Part shown: positions 6,999 through 13,984 of the stretch, in pieces
Layout: every line of letters begins with the position of its first letter
Numbering within the stretch: the stretch's first letter is position 1
Origin: Planctomycetota bacterium
GTDB lineage: Bacteria; Planctomycetota; SZUA-567; H5-PLA8
DNA: 14,420 nucleotides
Direction: 5' to 3'
Assembly: GCA_045863855.1 (NCBI GenBank)
Contig: BTVV01000144.1
Coordinates: 1-14,420 of the forward strand
Translations under genes and position numbers: made by a program
The notes under the pieces: model-generated
Databases searched by the model: none
The model's input: the letters and a program-made list of their open reading frames with translations, nothing else
What the model was told of the DNA's origin: nothing

Positions 6999-9382
6999 GT
7001 CCGGACGTGATGTTGGCGCCGCACGCGGCGGCGGCGTTGCCGGAGCCTTGGGCGGTGCTGACGGCGGCGGATACGGGCGGGATGCATTGGGCATCGAACG
7101 CGGCGGGCTTTGAGGCTCGCCCGCGGGACGCACGGACTCTGGAACTTCGCGGCGAGTTTCCTGCGGGACTGGTGCGCTTTGATCTGGAAGGGCGCGCCGG
7201 GGCATTTGATGCGGGAAGCCTGACGCTGAAGCTGCGATTCGGCGCTGGGCACGGGCCGCATCCGCATGACGAGGCGGCCCCGCCGACGGGGCCATGGGAC
7301 TACATCAACGGAGATTTTGTGGTTCCGCGGTTTGGCCTGGAAGTGGACGGGATCGCGCATCCGGAATGCGTATGGCTGGATCTGCCGGGAGCAGCGGACC
7401 TTGAGGCCGGACGGGCTCGGAGCAGCTTCGCTCTTCGTTTTTCTTCGAGCGGGCCGCGGACGATCGCACTTGCGTTCGCCCGGCCTCGTTCGGATGACAT
7501 GCGGCTGGACTGTGCGACTTGGGCGTCGATTCGGATCGGGCGGGACGAGCGGGACGATTCGCTTCGATCGGGCGTGGACTTGCTGCCGGAAATGCGAGGC
7601 GTTCATCCGCGAATGTGGCTGACGGCAGCGGATGCGGAGCGGTTGCGCCAGGAGATCGGTTCGGGAGGCATTCGAGAGGCGTGGTGGCGCCGATTTCTTG
7701 GTAGCGAAGCGGCCAGTGCGCCGCTGGGATTGGCACTGCGGGCGCTTCTGGCGCGCGACTCGAAGGCGCGCGAGGCGGCGCTGGCGGTCGGCGATGCGCT
7801 GTGCGATGCGGAGCACTGGGGAACCGGCCAGCCCGGCCACATGGGCTGCGACAACGACATCCGCGCCGGGGAGCATCTCTTCTTACTTTCGCTGCTATGC
7901 GACTGGCTGCGCCCGGAAGGCGCCCGGGCGGCGCGCTGGCGGGCCAAGCTCATCCATCACGCGCGGCTGGTGTTTCGCTTTGCGCTCCTACAGCGCAGTT
8001 ACCTGCCGACCGGGTACCTCCAGAATCACTTCAGCGCGACGTACATGGGACTGGGTGCGGCGGGGTTGCTTGGGTGCGATGACGCGGACCTGAAAGAGGA
8101 AGCGCAAGATTGGCTGAACTTCGCCGCGAACGAGTTTCGGCGGCGGAACGCGCTCTGGACGCCGGACGGATCGGGCTGCGGTCTGGACGTGAGCTACGGA
8201 TTGGATTTCCACGTGCGCTTCGCAGAAGCGATTCGGAGTGCGTGCGGTTTGGATGTGCTGGACGGTCCGCACTACCGCGCACTGCCGGACTATTGGCTGC
8301 ACCGGCTGATCCCTTCTGGGCTGGGTGGTTACCGTGGCATCTTGTGGGTGCTGGCGCGGCGAACGGAGCACGCGGCGCTTCAGGCGCATCTGGCCCGCGC
8401 GGTGCGGGAAAGCGCGACCTTATCGGCGGAGGAATTGATTTGGGGCGACCCACGGTACGCAGCCCCGATGGAGTTGCCGCTCACGCGGATTTTCGAGGAC
8501 TCGGGCGAAGCGTACCTGCACGCCGAACCGCAAGGGCGTCGGGCGCACGAAACTTGGCTGAGCTTTCAGGCAGGCGTGCCATTCGGGAAGACGCATAACG
8601 CACGACTGACGCGGTACAACTTCGCGCACTTCATGCCAAGCCGGGGCGAGGTGTTGCTGCGGCATCGCGGGCGGACGATCCTGGGAGACGGGGGCCGCAG
8701 CTACCGGAAGCTCACGTCGCTACACGATGTCCTGACCTTTGACGAGACAGGTCAGTTCGGGGACGGCTTTGTCTGGATGCCCAAACCGCGGGCGGAGCAG
8801 TGCGGGACGCTTGGCCATGCAGCGGAAGCAGGGCGCGCGACGGCGCTGGAGGCGGAACTGTCCGGAGCGTATCCGCGCGTGCGCGGGCTGGAACGGTACA
8901 CGCGGCGAGTGCTCTTCCTGCGCGACGAGGTTGCGCCGCTGGCGGTGATCGTAGACCGTGTGCGTTTCGGCGCGGAAGCCGATGCTCGAACGCTTCACTG
9001 GCGCTTCCACGCACCGGAAGCGGAGGTTCTTAACGAACCGATTCGCGCCGCTCGGATCGGCGAAGGCGAAGAGCGGTTCCTATTGCGCGCCTTGGCTCCG
9101 GGCGCGGAGTCGCTGCGCGAAACATGCGGCCAGACCGAGGTGGTGGTGCAGTATACGTGGCGCGGCGCCTTCCAACGCCAAGTCGCGTGGAGTTGGCCGC
9201 GCGACGGCGCGCGGGAGGCGCTCGGTCTATTTGTGCTATTCCCCGAAGCGCACGCTTGGCGCGTGGAGGCGTTGGAGGAAGGCTGGCGGTTGAGTAGCGC
9301 AAGGGCCGTGCTGAATCTCGACCTTGCTGACGCCGGTATGGCGCTTTCGTTGCGCGATTCGACTTACTCATGGCGAGTGTAG
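6995..9382 (+). CDS. DUF4962 / heparinase II/III-like polysaccharide (oligosaccharide) lyase homolog
   Basis: 795 aa; ATGA overlap with the regulator stop and GGAGG/GAGG RBS. HPRMWLTAAD start of a helical toroid, QNH motif, PDGS..SYG, FEDSG, and a C-terminal beta-sandwich (TSLHDVLTFD...GQFG, YTRRVLFL...IVDRV...LHWRFH). No evident signal peptide. Confidence 0.7.
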   Translation: MSPDVMLAPHAAAALPEPWAVLTAADTGGMHWASNAAGFEARPRDARTLELRGEFPAGLVRFDLEGRAGAFDAGSLTLKLRFGAGHGPHPHDEAAPPTGPWDYINGDFVVPRFGLEVDGIAHPECVWLDLPGAADLEAGRARSSFALRFSSSGPRTIALAFARPRSDDMRLDCATWASIRIGRDERDDSLRSGVDLLPEMRGVHPRMWLTAADAERLRQEIGSGGIREAWWRRFLGSEAASAPLGLALRALLARDSKAREAALAVGDALCDAEHWGTGQPGHMGCDNDIRAGEHLFLLSLLCDWLRPEGARAARWRAKLIHHARLVFRFALLQRSYLPTGYLQNHFSATYMGLGAAGLLGCDDADLKEEAQDWLNFAANEFRRRNALWTPDGSGCGLDVSYGLDFHVRFAEAIRSACGLDVLDGPHYRALPDYWLHRLIPSGLGGYRGILWVLARRTEHAALQAHLARAVRESATLSAEELIWGDPRYAAPMELPLTRIFEDSGEAYLHAEPQGRRAHETWLSFQAGVPFGKTHNARLTRYNFAHFMPSRGEVLLRHRGRTILGDGGRSYRKLTSLHDVLTFDETGQFGDGFVWMPKPRAEQCGTLGHAAEAGRATALEAELSGAYPRVRGLERYTRRVLFLRDEVAPLAVIVDRVRFGAEADARTLHWRFHAPEAEVLNEPIRAARIGEGEERFLLRALAPGAESLRETCGQTEVVVQYTWRGAFQRQVAWSWPRDGAREALGLFVLFPEAHAWRVEALEEGWRLSSARAVLNLDLADAGMALSLRDSTYSWRV

Positions 9383-9419
9383 GGTTTCATTTGCGGGTTT
9401 CTGCGACCAAACTATGACA

Positions 9420-9573
9420 TGAATCTTGGAAACAGGTCCATTCTAGATGCGAGAAAGGGGTAGATTTTGGAATCGAGGAGGGATAGCAGATGAAGATGAA
9501 ACGGTTTACAGAAGCGCAGGTTGCCATTGCCCTTCAGCAGTCAAAAATGTTCCTAGCCCTGCTATCACTTTGA
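9420..9573 (+). pseudogene. IS3-family (IS407-like) relic: left end plus first ~17 codons of transposase OrfA
   Basis: TGAATCTT... start at 9420 (IS3-type 5'-TG end), GAGGAGGG RBS, and ATG at 9490 giving MKMKRFTEAQVAIALQQ, which resembles OrfA N-termini (MKxxRFTExQIxxAL). Unrelated sequence follows, with a stop at 9571-9573. Confidence 0.6.
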
Positions 9574-9720
9574 AAGGAGAGCGTACCTTTGTCGTCTTCC
9601 TACGCAAAAGCTCATCGCGTGGCGGTACAGGGGATGAAGGTACGGTCGAAGAAAAACAAAAGAGTAGAGTTGAAGGGGAATCGGGTTTGGTGTCTTCCGT
9701 GCAGATTGTTGCAAAGCAGT

Positions 9721-9751
9721 GCAACCCCTTCCGCCAAGGAACCGCCAAAGA
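9721..9751 (+). repeat. Direct repeat copy 1, putative integrase arm-type sites (CCGCCAA x2)
   Basis: GCAACCCCTTCCGCCAAGGAACCGCCAAAGA; 28/31 identical to 9975-10005; CCGCCAA units 11 bp apart. Confidence 0.85.
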
Positions 9752-9807
9752 AATTGAAGTGGTTTCTGCAACCTTTTGTAGTGATAGCGCTTAACAATAT
9801 GTGTCCT

Positions 9808-9857
9808 TCGGCTTCCCAAGCCGAAGGTCGAGGGTTCGAATCCCTTCGCCCGCTCCA
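9808..9857 (+). tRNA. 3' fragment of tRNA-Gly(CCC) serving as att core (not an intact tRNA)
   Basis: Anticodon arm TCGGC-TTCCCAA-GCCGA (CCC at 9815-9817), variable loop AGGTC, T arm GAGGG-TTCGAAT-CCCTT, acceptor 3' strand CGCCCGC, discriminator T, CCA. No D arm or 5' acceptor strand (GCGGGCG) upstream. Confidence 0.92.
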
Positions 9858-9974
9858 AGGCAAATCAGCGCAGTTCGTTGCAAACGCGCGCACGTCCAAG
9901 CAATACGAACGACCTCTGCTACATACTCGATTTCCGCGTTCAGTGCAATCCATTGCTAACAAGTGCCCGCGAAG

Positions 9975-10005
9975 GCAACCTCTTCCGCCAAGGGGCCGCC
10001 AAAGA
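9975..10005 (+). repeat. Direct repeat copy 2, putative integrase arm-type sites (CCGCCAA x2)
   Basis: GCAACCTCTTCCGCCAAGGGGCCGCCAAAGA; 28/31 identical to 9721-9751. Confidence 0.85.
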
Positions 10006-10107
10006 GTCTGGCCCTATCCCAACCTAGGTCCGCGCGGAAATACGCGCCCACGTGGGCCCGGACGCGCGGGAAGCGCCAACTGTGTATAAGTCGAGATTGC
10101 GTATTTC

Positions 10108-10143
10108 TTGCATACAGTGGCAAGTGTACATACGATTATGCAA
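10108..10143 (+). promoter_or_regulatory. Putative sigma70 promoter for the nuclease gene, bracketed by an inverted repeat
   Basis: TTGCAT(10108-10113)-N17-TACGAT(10131-10136); inverted repeat TTGCATA(10108-10114)/TATGCAA(10137-10143). Confidence 0.45.
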
Positions 10144-10278
10144 AATCAGCATTAGGCACCTGTGCGTGAAACGTCTATTGCGACAGATCATTGACCAAAA
10201 CTGGTACCCACGTAAAACTGCGCTTTGCGAAGCGCAATGACTCGTACAAGTAGATTGGACAAGTGTACGGAGGTAGTC

Positions 10279-11493
10279 GTGAAGCTATTTTTTGAGGGCG
10301 AGCTTCGAGTCCTGCTTGAAAAGTCAGCCGTAAAACTAAAACACGAGATCGACACAGAACCCGAAGGCAAGCTCCTAGGCGTCAATGAACCAGATTACAT
10401 TAGGTACTTAGTTGCAAAGTACCGAATAGAGCCGCTGGCATTTGATTGGAATGCAAAGACAACCAGCACGCGGGAGGAACTAATTGAAGCCGGGCGCTTC
10501 CCATTCAACTTTGGTGTGACACGAGGAGGGAACTATCCCAAACAGGTTATCACCATACATATTCCATTCTCGGGGGACGAGCGACTCCTTGCTTTACGCG
10601 CCTCTACCTTCACGATGAGCTCTGTTGATGTGGAGTTTCGCGCGGGAGAAATCTGTTTTGACATTATCAATTGGCAGAACGACGCGGCACTGATTCTCAA
10701 AGAGGCGAATCAAACGATTGACCACATAAAGAGTCTTGTCGAGTACACCAATAGGGATGTGGTGAGCTACAATTCGGGTCTCGAGGGAAACGCCAGGGCG
10801 CACTTTGCAGGCCGGAAGAGCGAGCTCTTAAAAAGATCCTCTGTACTTATGCAATTGGGGATTCCCATTAAGCGTAGCTCGTCTGTCCCGCATGCATTCA
10901 CTATTCCTTTGGAAAAGAAGCCAGCATTGGTATCCAAACCTCCTACATCCACTTCTGCATATTCTCCTGAGCCTACGCTCGACAATACGACCTACCATCA
11001 GATCTTGACTGTCTGCAGGGACTTGGGGCGAGAGATGGAGCGGCACCCCAGTTTGTTCGCAGACAAGGGGGAAGAGGCATTACGAGACTGCTTCATTTTG
11101 ATGCTGTCCCCGCATTTCCAAGGAGGTGTTACTGGAGAAACCTTTAACAAACAAGGTAAGACGGATATTCTGATCCGGTACGATGGGAAGAACGCCTTTA
11201 TTGCGGAGTGCAAATTCTGGGGAGGAGGGAAGCAGCATTCTGCTACTATTGATCAAATCCTCTCATACTTAACTTGGCGCGATTCCAAGGCGGCCATTCT
11301 CTATTTTGTGCGAAATTTGAATTTGGACCCCGTGTTTGCCCAAATCAAGGGGAGTACTCCCGGCCACTCTTCGTTCGCAGAACATATCGGCAACCCAGAA
11401 GATGGATGGTTTAACTACCGATTGTATCTCCCCAACGACAAGACGCGTAATGTTTACTTGGCCATACTATGCTTTCACTTCCCCCAAACCTAA
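10279..11493 (+). CDS. Hypothetical protein with C-terminal PD-(D/E)XK restriction-endonuclease-like domain; candidate defence protein
   Basis: Part of ORF 10225..11493; likely start GTG 10279 after GGAGG (10269-10273), 404 aa. EEALRD...GETFNKQGKTDILIR...FIAECKFW gives an E...D-x(n)-ExK nuclease motif, followed by DQILSYL. Visibly lower GC than the flanks. Confidence 0.75.
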   Translation: MKLFFEGELRVLLEKSAVKLKHEIDTEPEGKLLGVNEPDYIRYLVAKYRIEPLAFDWNAKTTSTREELIEAGRFPFNFGVTRGGNYPKQVITIHIPFSGDERLLALRASTFTMSSVDVEFRAGEICFDIINWQNDAALILKEANQTIDHIKSLVEYTNRDVVSYNSGLEGNARAHFAGRKSELLKRSSVLMQLGIPIKRSSSVPHAFTIPLEKKPALVSKPPTSTSAYSPEPTLDNTTYHQILTVCRDLGREMERHPSLFADKGEEALRDCFILMLSPHFQGGVTGETFNKQGKTDILIRYDGKNAFIAECKFWGGGKQHSATIDQILSYLTWRDSKAAILYFVRNLNLDPVFAQIKGSTPGHSSFAEHIGNPEDGWFNYRLYLPNDKTRNVYLAILCFHFPQT

Positions 11494-11541
11494 CGCATCA
11501 ATCTCTCGTCGGTACACTTTGCGATTAGCCCAGCGCTAATA

Positions 11542-12798
11542 CTACGCAATGTCTGGTGTGGAATCTGAAGGCGAGTCCTTAACGTCTGGTACTATGCTGA
11601 ATTTTGGAAGCCGTTTCACCGCCTCGCGCATACGATCCTTGTCGGCGTGCACGTAGATGCCCAGCGTCAACTCCGGCGAACTATGGCGCATAAGGGCCTG
11701 AACGGTCTTGATATCGACGCCGGCGGCGATCAGGCGCGTACCGTAGGTATGGCGCAGGGCGTGAAGGTCCACCACCCGGCCCGCGGCGTCCTTCTTGGGA
11801 ATCTGAGCGCAATTCAAGTCGTCGTCGAAGCACCTTAGCGCGCGATCCGAGATGCCCACGACGGGGTCCTTCTCTTCAGGCTTCTTCTCTTCGCGCCACG
11901 CCTTGAGCGCCTCCGCGAGTCCGGGGGCCAGCGGTAGCGTCTGGCGTTTGCCGTTCTTGTTGCCGACCCATTCGGGCCGGGTGGTAAGCGTCCCTGCTTC
12001 CAGATCGAGGTCGCCCCAGGCAAGTGCGCGGACCTCGCCCTTGCGCAGGCCGGTCTCGAGCATCAGGCGGTACGCGAGTGCCATCCGTCGGCCTTCCTGC
12101 GCCAGATGGGCCTGGACCGGCAGCGGGATATCGGGATCCTTGAAGGCGCCGTCCTTTTGGGGCCGGTTCTGGTAGACGTGGACCTTGCGCCGGTACGGTC
12201 CGGTCAGGGCCACCTGAAGGAGCGTCGCGATCTCCTCCTCGGATAGCGCGCGTCGCAGGCGCTTCTTCTCCAGATCTGGCCGGTTGGGTATGCAATCGAG
12301 CGGGTTGTAGGGGATACGCCGTACGCTTACGGCCCAGTTGAGCATGCCCTTCACGGCTTGGAGGTAACCGTTCTGGCTGCGCGCCGACAGGTTCTTCTCG
12401 TTGGCCAGTTCCTGGAGCGCGCCTTCGACGGCCTCGGGCGATAGTTGGCGAAGGTAGACGGCCTTGGTGAGCCTGAGCATGTCGCGTAGGCGTTGACCAA
12501 CGATGACGGCTTGCTTGGCGGAAACATGGGGCGCTCGAGCGGTGAGGTAGTCCTTCACCAGACTCTCGCACAGCATCTCGGCGAAGCGCTGTACCGGCAG
12601 CCCGTTCTTCTCGGCCAGGACGTCGGACTCGGCTTTACGCAGGGCGTCTTGCGCCTGCTCCTTCGAGACTCCGGCCTTACGCCGGATCCAGCGGCCCGAG
12701 GCGTCCCCAAATTCGATGTACCACGCCTCGGTGACCTTCTCGACGCGCGTGCCGTCGGCTTTGGTCCACGCGTACTTCGGTTTGAACACACGGCCCAT
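11542..12798 (-). CDS. Tyrosine recombinase / phage-type integrase
   Basis: 418 aa; AAAGGAGG RBS. N-terminal arm-binding-like beta domain (WYIEFGDASGRWIRRK), core-binding domain, and catalytic residues R (TGLRKGE), K (NKNG), HALRH, MRHS, Y (LGIYVH). Confidence 0.96.
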   Translation of the reverse strand: MGRVFKPKYAWTKADGTRVEKVTEAWYIEFGDASGRWIRRKAGVSKEQAQDALRKAESDVLAEKNGLPVQRFAEMLCESLVKDYLTARAPHVSAKQAVIVGQRLRDMLRLTKAVYLRQLSPEAVEGALQELANEKNLSARSQNGYLQAVKGMLNWAVSVRRIPYNPLDCIPNRPDLEKKRLRRALSEEEIATLLQVALTGPYRRKVHVYQNRPQKDGAFKDPDIPLPVQAHLAQEGRRMALAYRLMLETGLRKGEVRALAWGDLDLEAGTLTTRPEWVGNKNGKRQTLPLAPGLAEALKAWREEKKPEEKDPVVGISDRALRCFDDDLNCAQIPKKDAAGRVVDLHALRHTYGTRLIAAGVDIKTVQALMRHSSPELTLGIYVHADKDRMREAVKRLPKFSIVPDVKDSPSDSTPDIA

Positions 12799-12853
12799 AG
12801 GAATGGCCTCCTTTCAGACACAGTGAGCCTCGACTGGGGCAACAATCAAGGCT

Positions 12854-13141
12854 TTACTGGCGTCGATTCCGTCGGGGCTGCGCCTGAGACCATTGCTGAA
12901 AGGTGGCGGTGGGCGGGCACCCCATGCGAACCCAGGCTTGGAGGTCTGCGGGAATGAAGCGTGGTGCTTTGCCGATGCGGACGTGCGGGATGCTGCCGGG
13001 TGCATTGGGCTTGCAGGTTAGTGCCGCATACACCCAGCGTGGGGATCGCTTTAAGAAGTGGGCACAGGCTTTGACATCCCAAAGGGCCGCGATGTTCTGC
13101 TGCTGGGCATGCGGGACAGATGTATGCTCTGAGATCACCAT
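12854..13141 (-). CDS. Excisionase-like helix-turn-helix protein (HTH_17/AlpA-like), probable recombination directionality factor
   Basis: Likely start ATG 13141 after GGAG (95 aa). LWDVKACAHFLKRSPRWVY...IPHVRIGKAPRFIPADLQAWV matches the Xis-type wHTH pattern. Directly upstream of the integrase. Confidence 0.8.
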   Translation of the reverse strand: MVISEHTSVPHAQQQNIAALWDVKACAHFLKRSPRWVYAALTCKPNAPGSIPHVRIGKAPRFIPADLQAWVRMGCPPTATFQQWSQAQPRRNRRQ

Positions 13142-13182
13142 GGGGTCTCCGTTTAAGAGGGGAAAGGGAACCGGTGGCAAGG

Positions 13183-13698
13183 TTATGCCTGGAAGCCACA
13201 GGCCACGAAGGTCTCCCGAATGCGTTCGATGGTGAGGGCGATCTGGTCGCGCGAGACGTCCCAGTCCTTGGCGATCTGCGATTGGGGGGTTTGCCGTGCC
13301 AGCGCTTGGCAGACGGCGCGTTCGAACCCGCTGAGCCGCGCCATGACCTCCTGCATCTCGAGCCGCAGCGTACAGGCATGAAGTTCGTGACAGGGTTCGG
13401 CGGCGCCTTCGCCATTCCTGGAAGCCAGGACGGTTTGGCGATGGCGAGTCAACGCTTGCACTTGGCGTTTTCGAGCGCGCAGGAAACCGGAAATGCGGCG
13501 GTCAATGAGCGCGATGAACGCGGTTCGCTCACTTGCGCCAGATGGGTGATGGGGATCGTAATAAAAGTCCAAGAGTCTGGGGACAAGATCCTGGGTTAGA
13601 TCCTCCCGGTCTTGTGGGCTCAGCCGTTTGAGGTGGGCGCGTTCCCGAATGAGGCCGAGTTTCCAGGGTTCGACGAGTCCAGCGTATGAATTGCGCAT
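13183..13698 (-). CDS. Sigma-70 ECF-like RNA polymerase sigma factor-type protein
   Basis: Likely start ATG 13698 after AAAGGA (171 aa). Region-2-like DREDLTQDL...YDP...ASERTAFIALIDRRISGFLR and region-4-like VMARLSGFERAVCQAL...QSQIAKDWDVSRDQIALTIERIR. Confidence 0.7.
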   Translation of the reverse strand: MRNSYAGLVEPWKLGLIRERAHLKRLSPQDREDLTQDLVPRLLDFYYDPHHPSGASERTAFIALIDRRISGFLRARKRQVQALTRHRQTVLASRNGEGAAEPCHELHACTLRLEMQEVMARLSGFERAVCQALARQTPQSQIAKDWDVSRDQIALTIERIRETFVACGFQA

Positions 13699-13773
13699 AC
13701 CGGTATCCTTTCGCCTCGCGGGCGCAGAGGCGCTCCGATCCATTCGGAGCACGGATCCAGTAAAGCGCGTGAA

Positions 13774-13872
13774 CAGGCTCAAATCTGTAGGGCTCAAAAT
13801 GACATTTGGGCCAGGCTCACACCGTCATAATGACAGAAAAATGACTTTCGGAATGTCACCGCAATGAGCCTG
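13774..13872. promoter_or_regulatory. Repeat-rich divergent control region
   Basis: GGCTCA at 13776, 13791 and 13814, with inverted TGAGCCTG at 13865. AATGAC at 13798, 13829 and 13840. GTCAT-A-ATGAC palindrome 13824-13834. TGACATT(13800)/AATGTCA(13852) inverted pair. Confidence 0.5.
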
Positions 13873-13984
13873 TCGAGCGGCGAATAACCCTGCGTAGGCC
13901 GGCACGCCCGGTCTGGAAACGCAGGGAGATAGAGCCGATGGGTCTCAACGTTTCGGGCTCACGCCTCCGCAGGGAGGGCCGCCC

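Noticed and set aside
6161..7876. 571-aa minus-strand ORF
   Set aside because: Arg/Pro/Ser-rich shadow lying opposite two well-supported genes.
9582..9644. 8-bp inverted repeat CGTACCTT/AAGGTACG
   Set aside because: Short, widely spaced and without supporting context.
9782..9857. Intact tRNA-Gly gene
   Set aside because: The 5' acceptor strand and D arm are absent; only the 3' part is present.
9565..9858. ORF beginning MERAKGFEPSTFGLGSRR and other ORFs across 9447-10240
   Set aside because: The N-terminus is the antisense translation of the tRNA fragment; the region is att/arm DNA.
9721..10005. 31-bp repeats as a CRISPR array
   Set aside because: Only two copies, 254 bp apart, enclosing a tRNA fragment; no cas genes in the window.
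11524..11540. Hairpin ATTAGC-CCAGC-GCTAAT between convergent genes as a terminator
   Set aside because: Weak 6-bp stem with no U-tract on either strand.
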